This document shows positions 47,502-57,849 of a stretch of 64,000 nt of DNA, piece after piece (position 1 is the stretch's first letter; each line of letters opens with the position of its first letter). The stretch is from a virus. Taxonomy: Duplodnaviria; Caudoviricetes. The notes under the pieces are model-generated. The model was not told the DNA's origin. It did no database searches and saw only the letters and a program-made list of their open reading frames with translations. The position numbers and the translations under genes are program-made. The stretch covers positions 1 to 64,000 of the IMG/VR virus record IMGVR_UViG_2894272399_000002; one strand, 5' to 3'.

Positions 47502-47729
47502 ATCGTACGCAGACTTTTCAATTTCGTCCATTCCGAGAATAGCATCAAACACAATCCTGTTGCTGCGCTCTGTGGGGAATTCTTTCTTGCCTTTAAATTT
47601 TCGAAAGTATTGTCGCGTACCATTCTCGGTAATCCACCGGATCGCCGCGTCTTCGTAATCGTTTAAGAGGTAAGCTTCTGGCTTGTCTTCTAACTCCAAA
47701 ACCGCCTCACTCGGGTCTTTTATCTTCAT
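47493..47729 (-). CDS. Small protein convergent with the MuF toxin (candidate immunity)
   Basis: 78 aa; stop overlaps the MuF stop. Confidence 0.5.
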   Translation of the reverse strand: MKIKDPSEAVLELEDKPEAYLLNDYEDAAIRWITENGTRQYFRKFKGKKEFPTERSNRIVFDAILGMDEIEKSAYDSF

Positions 47730-47749
47730 GACTTAAAGTTAATGAATTT

Positions 47750-50190
47750 TCATTTTTTTTTCGAAAATAGATGCGCCCACTGTTTCCGGTATTCATCCAT
47801 TTTCTCAAAGGTAATACCATAATCGTTGAGCCTGTCATCGGTTATCGGCAGCCCGTCTCGCTCCATTTCCAACAGGGATAGTGCGCGCAGGCTTCTGTCA
47901 GTTTCTTCTGAAACTTTGAATTCAGCATGCATGGCGGTGGTTAGTTCTTCTTTCATTTATTAAGATTGTGGACATAAGTCCTTTTTTATTCGTTGATTAT
48001 TTCCAGAATCCTCTCCAGTTGCGAATCGTTAAGCTTTTCAAAATTACAAATCCGGATATCCCGCAAGTTTATCGTCCGAAGGTGTTTCTGTTTCAACTCG
48101 TCAGTAGGCAGAAAAAAAGATCCATCAAAAGGTGATCCACCGATCTGAGACAAATATTTCCCGTTGTGCTCTCTTTTGAATTTAAAATGATTCGCAAATG
48201 CCGATTTATCCGTGACCCTATCAATAGTAATCACTCTGACAACCTCTCTGGAACCGACTTGGTAAATATCGTCCCCTACGTTGAGTAAAAGCTTTTCTGC
48301 TACCATGATGAAAATGTGTAAATGATATTATCCGAATCTCATTTTTAAATAAACTGCTCCTCCCGGATAACCGGCCGAAACTCTCCAAAGAAATCCCCGA
48401 ACGTGGCATATTTCGAACCTCCTGCTTCCTTTTCCTCCTTTGCCGCTTCAAAGCAAAACAGCGCGTCGTCGTCCCCGTAATAGTACTGCTTCACTCCGGG
48501 AGTTTCGACTATCTCGGGCACCCAGACTTCCGAAACTGCTTCTTCCAGCGTCGAACCCGGGTACAATTGGGCGTAATTGAAAATCCTTTCAAGTGTTTCG
48601 AGTGGGAATAGTGTGGTGTTCATATGATTATTTAGGTTGAAAGTGTTTTAGAATACGATGTCAAAATCTCCTTCAATAATCTTATAATCGTTATGAAGAA
48701 TTTTTTCCGTTATTAATCTCCTGATACGATCTACAGCGGCCTCATAAGAAAGATTTTGATTTTTTGGTGGTAACGGAAGCGACACCAAATAGACGGATTG
48801 TTCGATACTCGCCGCAAGAAGTCCGCGGTTGACGACTTTAAATACGACGTCCACATGTGAATCTTTAAATAACACCTGTAAAACCAACAATTTAACCTCT
48901 TCTCGCGTGATTCGATTAAAAAACTTCAATGGTATTGTTATAGAGTTCATAATTTAGTCGATCGTTTTTAAACTGTAATATGCCTGGAACCGAAACCATC
49001 ATCAAGATTGAACGAACTGTCTTCAAGACTATGAAATTCAGCGCGACTGAATATATTGGATACTTGATTCAGACTTCCGACCAACTGATCAAAATTGGAA
49101 TCCTGAATGACCCGGAAGACCTGTATCGTTCCGGATGTCAAGCCTCATCTGATGATCTCGCCGAGTTTATCGGTTCTCCCCTGCTCTCAATTTCCGTTTC
49201 AGAACAAGAAGTAATGCCAATCGCACTACCAGAGATAGAAGATTTCGAATTGGCAAATTTTAAACACGTTAACATTGAAACGTCCCTCGGATTACTTCAA
49301 ATCACCTTTTACAACGTATCTAATAAATATTTAGACCGGGAGTTTGTCATACTGAGTAAACAAGTCAATATCCAGGATACGATTTAATGAAGTTAATTTA
49401 TGTCTTCACCGGCACCCCAATCAATACCTCTCTTGTGCAATCTCCATTCAAATAATCCACCGCAAGAACCGCAATCGCCCGGCCTTGAACAGTTCGCAAA
49501 GTCGGTGAAATGTCTGTGTAATTCCTTTTATCATCAACCAGGATGTCGATTGCCTCCTCGTAACCTTCCTTGATCGCCGCGTTTTTCAACAACTTCATTT
49601 CTGGTTTGTTAAGCTTGTCATAGATCAAAGTGATGGTTTCCTCGATCTGGTCCTCCGTCGGCACCGTGTTCGCCCATTTTTCGAGATTTTCGGCTGTCCA
49701 TTGCTCTAACTTGTCGTGGTACTGATTTTCTGGTGCCTTCATATTATGTGTGTTCATGCCCTCACTTTATGGAAAGATATAGTTGATACAATTGATCGTC
49801 ATCCAGCTCTTCCAATTTCCATTTTTTCCACTGGAAGTTGGGTATGCTGTGTCCACCACCTCCATTCTCCATGTAACCCAACTCCGAAAGCCTATTGCTG
49901 TGGTTCATTGATGGCACTGTGCCCGCGACCATGTTTACCAGGTCAGATTTATTAACCCCTAACGTTAGAATTTCTGCAAAATCATCAAAAACTCTCGTCT
50001 TAGCGACTTCGATCAAAACCCATTTTTCGATCTCTGACAATTCAATTCGCCCGTTGCAATCATCTGAGAAATAAACTTGTCCGCTTTCCCACTGGAAATA
50101 CCCGGTGCACACTGTGCCATCTTTAAACAAGGCAAAGATCTCTTTATCGATTGGCAATCCGGTTTGTAAAACTTCACCTTGTGTGCTCAT
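47750..50190 (-). other. Cluster of small hypothetical phage genes
   Basis: Minus ORFs 47750-47956, 47986-48306, 48345-48623, 48648-48950, 49398-49757, 49762-50190; one plus ORF 48980-49387. Confidence 0.65.
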
Positions 50191-50215
50191 AGTGGTATAT
50201 CAAATATTTGAATTG

Positions 50216-50659
50216 TCACGATATCGGCAAATCATTAAAATCATCCGGAATTTCCAGCTGACCCTTCAAACTACCAAGCGATACCCCGCCCTCGTTTTTC
50301 ACTTTCTCAATCTCCTCCTTCAAATACGCAATGTAATTGTTCCGAGACGCCAACACTTCCCTGCCTTGCTCCTCTGTCAATTCAAAACGGCCGCGCTTGT
50401 CCGGATCATCAAGCAAAAAGAACTCAACTTTGTAACTTGAATCCGAATGTTCGAACCGGTGAGGGTGGATTCCTAGATCGTGGAACAACGGCATCAGAAA
50501 AGGTGATGTTACTGGGCCAGATGCATCCCCACCGAATCTCTTGTAAAATTCAGCAAGAGCGAGCTTGTATTCCGTCTCGAAAACATTCTCCACCTGAAAG
50601 ACATCGGACTTGAAAAACTCAAGAAGTTCCTTAGGAGGTATCGCATCTGTAAATCTCAT
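50216..50659 (-). CDS. Hypothetical protein with antitoxin-like C-terminal tail
   Basis: Ends GSLKGQLEIPDDFNDLP. Confidence 0.5.
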   Translation of the reverse strand: MRFTDAIPPKELLEFFKSDVFQVENVFETEYKLALAEFYKRFGGDASGPVTSPFLMPLFHDLGIHPHRFEHSDSSYKVEFFLLDDPDKRGRFELTEEQGREVLASRNNYIAYLKEEIEKVKNEGGVSLGSLKGQLEIPDDFNDLPIS

Positions 50660-50694
50660 TTTTAGCTAAGGCGGTTTAATTCAAAGATAAGGAA

Positions 50695-52281
50695 TTAACA
50701 AACTGGTTCTTTGCTCGACTTTCTTTTTGCGAAACCTTTCCAGGTCTCAGCAGGTAATGGATTACCCTTTGCTTTGCTGTATGCCTGGTTTAGCCTTGCC
50801 CAATCCTCAATATTCAAGAATTCAAAGTGACCTGTCCCTTTCTTGAAAACTTTAAACCGAAAGAAGCCCCACTCGTACCAAGTGTTGGGCTTAAAATACC
50901 CGTAACCTGATGGTTTTGGGTATGGAAGGGTTTGTCGATTATACTTCCCCGTCCGTCGCTCTTCAGCAGCCCGCATTTCCAGAATTTCCGTCTGGGTATC
51001 TTGGGGCAATGAAGAATCCCCGATTGGGGGCATTCTGTTGTAATCCTTACCAGTTAGGAAGCACAGTGCTTTAACAAGATCAATTATCTGAGAAAATTTG
51101 CCCTGGTGAGTATTTATTTTCACTCCATTATTCCCTTCCCAAGCATATTGGTATTCACAAATATAGGGCGTGATAAATTTCTGGTTCAATAGGTTACCTG
51201 CGTTCGTTTTCCACCCTGGCAAGTTGAATCTGTTCTCATCAGTATACATTGTAAAGTTGTCTACGGCCTCGACAATAGCTTTTTCCATATTCTCCCCGGA
51301 AGTTCCCACGATCGTCTCTACCATCCGAAAAATATTTTTCATGGTGAATGGGTAATTCAATCGACTTTCAACGTATTCGTTCACCTTTGACATCACTCCT
51401 CTTGTCAGGTATTTTTCAAGATCAAACTTTGCGAAAACAATCTTCCAGCACTTCTTCTGCAGGGTTCTGGCAAATGTGGCTTTGTCGACTATCTCGCCCT
51501 TATCATGCCCCCTGTCATCGATATCAGTGCTTGACACCTTGTAATTAAAACCTCCGTGGGTACCAAACCCCACCGCCTTACATATTCCATTTAGTTCGTT
51601 TCCCACGTCGGCGAATTTATCAAAACACCGCACTGCGCCTGTATAATTATTGACTAGCGCTTGAATTTCGTTGTAACGGATCACACCGGAGACATCGTTC
51701 AGTTCCGGCATATCGTAGTAGAATCCTTCAAAGGCTTCATTGCTCGCAGATACCGGCTTGAATAACCTGATAATCGCAATCGACACATCCGTTACTCGCT
51801 CAGCTCGTTTGTAAGCCCCGTCGTAATGCTCCACACCCCCATAGCTTGCAATCAACGATTTAAGCTCTTTGCGCTTTTGACTGTACGGGTTGTTGATGGT
51901 TTCTGCGTTGCATTGGGAAACGATTTCGCACCCTTCCGGCGCAATATTCCACGCATGTAAGATGTGTTGATCTGCATTTGAATAGGGTGGGTTCATAAGT
52001 ATCATCTGCACATGGCTAATGCTTTCTGATGTTGCCTGGAACCAATCAGAACCGATTACAGGATATTTTGTGGATAACAGGGCACGGAGCTCGTCGTTTT
52101 TTTCAATGCCTTCAACAGAATAAGCCCCTGAAGCGAAAGCATATCTTAAAATATTCCCTTTCCCTGCCGACGGATCAAGAACCCTTTTTCCGTAACAATC
52201 AACATTCATCGCCTCCCAGGCTTCTTTACTACAAGGATAAAATTCAGGATCAAACATAACACTCTTCATTTGCGACATCAT
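50695..52281 (-). CDS. SAM-dependent DNA amino-methyltransferase (DUF4942-associated type)
   Basis: EFYP, VLDPSAGKGN, MNPPY; C-terminal GWKTN and FKVFKKGTGHFEF. Confidence 0.85.
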   Translation of the reverse strand: MMSQMKSVMFDPEFYPCSKEAWEAMNVDCYGKRVLDPSAGKGNILRYAFASGAYSVEGIEKNDELRALLSTKYPVIGSDWFQATSESISHVQMILMNPPYSNADQHILHAWNIAPEGCEIVSQCNAETINNPYSQKRKELKSLIASYGGVEHYDGAYKRAERVTDVSIAIIRLFKPVSASNEAFEGFYYDMPELNDVSGVIRYNEIQALVNNYTGAVRCFDKFADVGNELNGICKAVGFGTHGGFNYKVSSTDIDDRGHDKGEIVDKATFARTLQKKCWKIVFAKFDLEKYLTRGVMSKVNEYVESRLNYPFTMKNIFRMVETIVGTSGENMEKAIVEAVDNFTMYTDENRFNLPGWKTNAGNLLNQKFITPYICEYQYAWEGNNGVKINTHQGKFSQIIDLVKALCFLTGKDYNRMPPIGDSSLPQDTQTEILEMRAAEERRTGKYNRQTLPYPKPSGYGYFKPNTWYEWGFFRFKVFKKGTGHFEFLNIEDWARLNQAYSKAKGNPLPAETWKGFAKRKSSKEPVC

Positions 52282-52340
52282 AAAAGTACAACAATAGTTT
52301 TACTTATACAACTTTTGTTTTACTTTCTTATCTTTGGAGC

Positions 52341-52556
52341 ATGAAAATGGAGGAATATCTGAAAAGTGGGTTATCTATCAACCTCAATGAAGTTGCAAAA
52401 CGCATGTGGCCTAACAACCCGAGCGCAAAAACTTATATGAGTGCTAAATTGAATGGTAAAGAGAAAAAGTGGACACCAAAGGATACCGAAAAGGCTAAAC
52501 AAGTTTTACGGGAGCTTTATCAAAGTGGACTTAATCAAATCGACAACTTAAAGTAA
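52341..52556 (+). CDS. Small HTH regulator
   Basis: INL.EVAKRMW...YMSAKL; TATCTTTG 4 nt before the ATG suggests a leaderless mRNA. Confidence 0.65.
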   Translation: MKMEEYLKSGLSINLNEVAKRMWPNNPSAKTYMSAKLNGKEKKWTPKDTEKAKQVLRELYQSGLNQIDNLK

Positions 52557-52557
52557 C

Positions 52558-52776
52558 CTACCTCTCCCCTTCCAAGATCCGCTTCACCTCCATCAAATGC
52601 GGATAGTAATTCGTCCCCTTCCCGCCATCCGGATTAATTTTCATCAACCGTATCCGATCGTTGACCCATTGCTTGGATATTTCGGTGGTGTAACCCATCA
52701 TTTGTACCCACTGGGTTGTAATCTCCAATTTCTCAAAATACCGCTCCAACTCCAAAATATCTTTCAACGTAGCCAT
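52558..52776 (-). CDS. Small hypothetical protein (resembles 11660-11890)
   Basis: Shared pattern with the ORF at 11660. Confidence 0.55.
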   Translation of the reverse strand: MATLKDILELERYFEKLEITTQWVQMMGYTTEISKQWVNDRIRLMKINPDGGKGTNYYPHLMEVKRILEGER

Positions 52777-52822
52777 CTCACATTTCCTTTTTCATTTCAA
52801 CACGCAAAATTTAACATCATTT

Positions 52823-52852
52823 GGATCATTTCCAAATTTTAGGAATTATTCC
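52823..52852. promoter_or_regulatory. Two GGA-N5-TCC palindromes (putative Bacteroidota SOS boxes)
   Basis: GGATCATTTCC 52823-52833 and GGAATTATTCC 52842-52852 upstream of umuD. Confidence 0.65.
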
Positions 52853-52911
52853 ATTTTTTTCTTGACAAGTTGGCTCAAGCTTGTTCACCTTTGCATAAAA
52901 TCAGCGAGGAC

Positions 52912-53376
52912 ATGGGAGCGTTAGCCATTATTGAAACCGAGAACTTAGATGTGTTTGCCTGCCCACAGCAGCGACCTATTATTTTACCACTAATTCCGGG
53001 CATCAGTGCCGGATTCCCCTCCCCCGCGGCTGATTTCATTGATTTAAACATCGATCTCTCAAAAGAAATCGTCAAAAACCCTTCATCAACATTCTTTGGT
53101 CGTGTTAAAGGCGACAGCATGCACGGGGCTGGCATCGACGACGGTGATATCATGGTCGTCGATAAAAGCCTTTCGTGTAAAGAAGGCGACATTGCTGTTT
53201 GCTTTGTGGACGGCGAATTCACGGTTAAACGGATCCGTTTCGAAAAAGACGCATGCTGGCTGATTGCCGAAAACGACAAATACCCTCCTATCCGAGTAAC
53301 CGATGATAACGAAATGGTAATCTGGGGAATAGTAATCAGCGTAATTAAATTCTTCGGACATGTTCGCCCTCGTTGA
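52912..53376 (+). CDS. umuD: Pol V subunit UmuD (S24 peptidase)
   Basis: SAGFPSPA, RVKGDSM, FTVKR. Confidence 0.92.
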   Translation: MGALAIIETENLDVFACPQQRPIILPLIPGISAGFPSPAADFIDLNIDLSKEIVKNPSSTFFGRVKGDSMHGAGIDDGDIMVVDKSLSCKEGDIAVCFVDGEFTVKRIRFEKDACWLIAENDKYPPIRVTDDNEMVIWGIVISVIKFFGHVRPR

Positions 53377-54622
53377 CTGCAATAATTTTTACGCTAGTTG
53401 TGAGCGGTTGTTTCGGCCTGAACTGAACGGTAAGCCGGTGGTGGTGCTTTCCAACAATGACGGGTGCGTGATTGCGCGGAGCAACGAAGCGAAAGCCCTG
53501 GGCATTGAAATGGGTGCGCCCGCGTTTCTGTTTGAAAAAAAGTTCAAAGAGCAGCACATCAACGTGTTCAGCAGCAACTATGCACTTTACGGTGATATGA
53601 GCAGCCGGGTAATGACTATTCTTTCCAAATACTCACCAGATGTCGAAGTCTATTCGATTGACGAAGCGTTTTTGAAGTTCGACGGCTTTAAGCTCTTCGA
53701 TCTTAAAAAGATCGGCGAGCAAATGAGAAAGGAAGTCACAAAAAGCACAGGGATACCTATCAGTGTCGGCATTGCCCCGACAAAAGCGCTGGCCAAGCTT
53801 GCAAACAAGATCGCCAAGAAGTTCCCTAAGCAGACCGGTGGGGTTCACGCGATCGATACGCAGGATAAACTGATCAGAGCAATCGCCTTTTTCAAAATCG
53901 GGGACGTTTGGGGCATTGGCCGACAGCACGAGAAGCGGTTAAAAGCAGTGGGGGTTGAATCGATTTTAGATTTCACGCTCTTGCCGGAAGATTGGGTTAA
54001 AAAACAGATGTCGGTTGTAGGGCTCAGGCTTCAAAAGGAACTTGCCGGGATCCGCACACTTGACCTAGAAGACACAAAGGACAAAAAGAACATCGCTGTT
54101 ACCAGGTCTTTCGATGAGAACTATACAGAATACGGGAAAGTAAAGGAGCGGGTAATCACATTTGCCACGATTTGCGGGGAAAGGCTCAGAAAACAGGATA
54201 GTTGTTGTAATGTGATACAGGTCTTTGTGCACACAAATACGTTCAGGCCGGAACAGCCTCAATATAGTCGCTCCGTCACAATTGACCTTCCATACCCCAC
54301 AAATAGCAGCATGGAGCTTGCCCATTTTGCCGTGGATGCTTTGCAACGAATCTACAAAGATGGTTACGGCTACAAAAAGGCTGGAGTGATCGTGATGGAA
54401 TTTACCCCGGCAGATAGCAAACAGCAAATGCTGTTTGAAAACTCCGACCCGAAACAGGGCAATTTGATGGCCGTGCTCGATAAATTAAACAAAGCACTCG
54501 GGCAGCAGAAGGTGAAGCTTGCCTCCCAGGATCTTGACAAAGTATGGAAGATGAAACGGGCGAAACTTTCTCCCAGGTATACCACTCGACTTGATGAAAT
54601 CATAACGGTGCACTGCCGGTAG
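53360..54622 (+). CDS. umuC: Y-family DNA polymerase UmuC
   Basis: ALVDCNNFYASCE, LSNNDGC, YSIDEAF, LSPRYTT. Confidence 0.95.
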   Translation: MFALVDCNNFYASCERLFRPELNGKPVVVLSNNDGCVIARSNEAKALGIEMGAPAFLFEKKFKEQHINVFSSNYALYGDMSSRVMTILSKYSPDVEVYSIDEAFLKFDGFKLFDLKKIGEQMRKEVTKSTGIPISVGIAPTKALAKLANKIAKKFPKQTGGVHAIDTQDKLIRAIAFFKIGDVWGIGRQHEKRLKAVGVESILDFTLLPEDWVKKQMSVVGLRLQKELAGIRTLDLEDTKDKKNIAVTRSFDENYTEYGKVKERVITFATICGERLRKQDSCCNVIQVFVHTNTFRPEQPQYSRSVTIDLPYPTNSSMELAHFAVDALQRIYKDGYGYKKAGVIVMEFTPADSKQQMLFENSDPKQGNLMAVLDKLNKALGQQKVKLASQDLDKVWKMKRAKLSPRYTTRLDEIITVHCR

Positions 54623-54711
54623 TTTCTCTCTGGCATAATTCTGTTCAATAATTTCTATCAAATAGATTTTTTTGATAAGTTTATCCAGGGACATTACTCA
54701 GACAGATCACT

Positions 54712-55434
54712 ATGTGCTATCACGTTTCAAATGAGAGCAGTGCGGAAGAAATCCAACGGGAATTCAAACTGCCAATGGACAAAGTTGAGAAGTTTAAGGA
54801 GAGGTATGATTTTGTCGGTTTTGAAAAGCCTTACCTGCCGGTTATATCGAAAGAAAACCCGAAAATGATCGATATGTACCGCTGGCGGCTGGTTCCTGAA
54901 TGGGTAAAGGATGAGAAAGACTGGAAGGCGAACACACTGAATGCCAGAAATGACGAGCTTTTTGAAAAGCCGTCGTACAGAAACTATTGGCAAAACAGGT
55001 GCCTGATTATCTGTACAGGATTTTTCGAACCACACTATCCGGATTTGAGCGGGAAAGAACATGAGTCTTGGTACATCAAACCAAAAAACAAAAAGTTCTT
55101 TGTGCTGGGCGGGATATATTCAAATTGGAAAAACGAAAAGACATTCAGCATTGTGACAACGGATGCCAGCCCGAAAATGGAGGAAGTCCATAATGATGGG
55201 AAGCGGCAACCACTGGTATTGACCGGTGATGCTGCGCTGGCTTGGCTGGTGCCGGATCTAACAAAAGACGAAATGAAAAACTTAATGTTGTTCCAGTACC
55301 CTGATGATGATTTGATTGCTTACAGAACGGTCGATGGTATCTACAATTCAAGGCTGGATACAAATGTTCCGGCAGCTATTAAACCTTATGAAAGGCCACC
55401 ATTCAACGTGTTGGATATGTTTGGAGTTAACTAA
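54712..55434 (+). CDS. SOS response-associated peptidase (SRAP/YedK)
   Basis: N-terminal MC, NAR, KPSY, RCLI...GFFE, H..RQP. Confidence 0.9.
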   Translation: MCYHVSNESSAEEIQREFKLPMDKVEKFKERYDFVGFEKPYLPVISKENPKMIDMYRWRLVPEWVKDEKDWKANTLNARNDELFEKPSYRNYWQNRCLIICTGFFEPHYPDLSGKEHESWYIKPKNKKFFVLGGIYSNWKNEKTFSIVTTDASPKMEEVHNDGKRQPLVLTGDAALAWLVPDLTKDEMKNLMLFQYPDDDLIAYRTVDGIYNSRLDTNVPAAIKPYERPPFNVLDMFGVN

Positions 55435-55438
55435 TCGG

Positions 55439-55798
55439 TTACTCGTTTGCAGCATTTGTCCCTTTTTCGATTAACACGAAATCTTGACCTGGGTAAAACC
55501 AATAGTCGTTATGAGCCGCACAGATCCCGGAAATATAACTCTCATTCAAGCGGACTTTGATTAGCTTTTCCACCATTTCGCTAGCCTTGTCAACACCGGT
55601 AACTTGTAAGCAACGAAGCAGGAATTGTCCGAAGAAATTGACTTCGCCGGTGGCCGGAGAAGCGAAGAGGTCCCGACCACCGAATAAAAACACGTCGCCG
55701 TTAATTTCGATTTTTAACGCAGCTGATAAGTATTCGTTCTCGATAAGGTAAATATCAACGCCAATGATTTCACCGGTAGTAACAATTGAGTCTTCCAT
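55439..55798 (-). CDS. Hypothetical protein
   Basis: 119-aa ATG ORF. Confidence 0.55.
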   Translation of the reverse strand: MEDSIVTTGEIIGVDIYLIENEYLSAALKIEINGDVFLFGGRDLFASPATGEVNFFGQFLLRCLQVTGVDKASEMVEKLIKVRLNESYISGICAAHNDYWFYPGQDFVLIEKGTNAANE

Positions 55799-55843
55799 GT
55801 AGTTGAGTTATAATGCAAAACAATTATATAAATAAAGTATGCC

Positions 55844-56626
55844 ATGCCCGAAATTCCAGAACTAAATGTTTTAAAAAACAATCTGTTGAAGAGATTCAAG
55901 GGGAAGAAGGTTGAAGAATTCCGGATCCTTTGGAAGAAAAACATCAAAACACCGGAAGAAGAATTTGCAAAAACATTTCAGGGCGCCAAATTGATGGATA
56001 TAACCAGGGAAGGAAAGATACTGTTACTCCGCTTTGACAATGATCAGATCTTGGGGATACATCTACGATTGACTGGCAGGGCTTTTTTGATACCAGAAGA
56101 AGAAGACACGAAGTTCCCGATCATGATGATGCTATTCAAAAAGGATGGCTTCGGCATAAATGATTTTATGGGCCAGGCTCAACCCGAGATCAATCCTACG
56201 ATTCCAGATGTCCCTGACGTGTTATCGAAAGATTTTACCCTTGACTATTTGAAGGCGATTATTGCAAAACGGAGCAACAAAGCCATAAAGACAGTATTGA
56301 CGGAGCAAAAACTTCTTCGGGGAATGGGGAATGCCTATACTGATGAATCACTTTGGGCGGCAAAAATAGATCCTCGATCTATTGCTTCGAAAATTCCGGA
56401 TGCAAAGTTGAAGGAGTTTTTAGACTGCCTCCATGAAGTGTACTCGGATGCCGAGAATGAAATCGATATAGCCACAGGCAAAGATTCACTGATGATAGAA
56501 AAGCGCGAGTTCATGAAAGTGCACAATAGCAAGCGCAAGCAGGATCCGGAAGGGAATGACATTGAGAAGGGAGAGGTCGCGAAAGCTAAAACGTATTGGA
56601 GCAAAGCACAGCAGCTTTATGAGTAG
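55844..56626 (+). CDS. Fpg/Nei DNA glycosylase (no zinc finger)
   Basis: N-terminal MPEIPE, REGK, HLRLTG, H2TH GMGNAYTDESLW. Confidence 0.9.
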   Translation: MPEIPELNVLKNNLLKRFKGKKVEEFRILWKKNIKTPEEEFAKTFQGAKLMDITREGKILLLRFDNDQILGIHLRLTGRAFLIPEEEDTKFPIMMMLFKKDGFGINDFMGQAQPEINPTIPDVPDVLSKDFTLDYLKAIIAKRSNKAIKTVLTEQKLLRGMGNAYTDESLWAAKIDPRSIASKIPDAKLKEFLDCLHEVYSDAENEIDIATGKDSLMIEKREFMKVHNSKRKQDPEGNDIEKGEVAKAKTYWSKAQQLYE

Positions 56627-56679
56627 AAGACACGGCGTATATATTTTTTATTAAAGACTTAATGCAAACCTGATATGTT

Positions 56680-57324
56680 GTGAGACTGACAAAAGCTCTA
56701 TCTGAAATCGAGGCAGAATATGGGGCTAAATTTCAGGATCCAAAGTCCTACGTCGCTTTCGAGTGGTTTACTGGAACGGATTACCCACCCCTACCGATTA
56801 TCGCAAATGATCAAATGAAAATCATTATGATAGCGTATTGGGGATTAAGCAGTGAAACAAAATCAGAATGGGCAAATGAATGGATCTGGAGAATCCAGCT
56901 TAATCAAGTTCATTCAAATGTAGCAGTTCGCTCAAATATTGCAAATAGGTGCCTAATTTTAGTCGATGGTTTCTTTCAGAACCGGTTAGTTGATAAAAAG
57001 ATTCGGAGATGCCTAGTTACAAAGGCTAACAAGACGGTTTTCGCTTGCGCAGGAATCTACGAAGACCAGACTGACCACCAAACCGGTGAAAAGATCCGGA
57101 AATTTACTATTTTGACGACCGGAGCCAACGGCTTGATGGCCATCGTCGACAATCGACAAAAACGAATGCCTATTGTATTAGATAAGGACGAAGAATCGAA
57201 ATGGCTGGATCCTAAAAGCGACATAATGGACTTTTCAGACAGAAGGAAAATAGAGCTTGTTGCTGACTATGCCCCATCAGAGAAGATAGTAAAGCCTGGC
57301 TACTCGTACAATTTATTCGATTAA
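56680..57324 (+). CDS. Second, divergent SRAP-family protein
   Basis: YWGL, RCLILVDGF, FACAGIY, ILTT.AN, RMPIVL; start uncertain. Confidence 0.75.
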   Translation: MRLTKALSEIEAEYGAKFQDPKSYVAFEWFTGTDYPPLPIIANDQMKIIMIAYWGLSSETKSEWANEWIWRIQLNQVHSNVAVRSNIANRCLILVDGFFQNRLVDKKIRRCLVTKANKTVFACAGIYEDQTDHQTGEKIRKFTILTTGANGLMAIVDNRQKRMPIVLDKDEESKWLDPKSDIMDFSDRRKIELVADYAPSEKIVKPGYSYNLFD

Positions 57325-57378
57325 ACACCTTTCAACAGAGATCAACTCAACACCCGAGCATTCGATAAAAAAATACCT

Positions 57379-57840
57379 ATGATTGATTATCCACAATTTT
57401 CGATCGTCAATGCTGACAATTTAAGTTTTGACATCGATCATTCAGTATTAGATAGAGTTAAAAGAAAAGAGTTTGGCCGTTACGTTGGAATTTCAGTATT
57501 ATCCAGGTTTGAAGGATTCGATAAAGGACTGTTACCCATTGTTACCAATATCAAATTGGTTGGCCTTATCGGCGAAAACCAGTTCGAGGCGGTTGATTCC
57601 TTTTACGTATCAATTTTTCAGTTTTCCGACCAGCGGAGTATCCTTTTAGGAGTTAACGAAGATTCCGTGCGTATTCTACAGAAATGCCACCAGTTAGCCC
57701 AAGCACACGCTTATTCAATATTTTCATTGCTTTGTAAAGAAAATGGCGTACCACAATCCGGTATGGAACTAACACCGGAAGAAAACTCAGTTGAAGGCAT
57801 TGAGGAATTTTTAGAACAAATAGCCCTTCCGGCAGAATAA
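57379..57840 (+). CDS. Hypothetical protein, paralogue of the next gene
   Basis: F.KG.L, VS.F.F and IL..C..LAQA..Y..FS shared with 57850. Confidence 0.65.
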   Translation: MIDYPQFSIVNADNLSFDIDHSVLDRVKRKEFGRYVGISVLSRFEGFDKGLLPIVTNIKLVGLIGENQFEAVDSFYVSIFQFSDQRSILLGVNEDSVRILQKCHQLAQAHAYSIFSLLCKENGVPQSGMELTPEENSVEGIEEFLEQIALPAE

Positions 57841-57849
57841 AGATATTTT

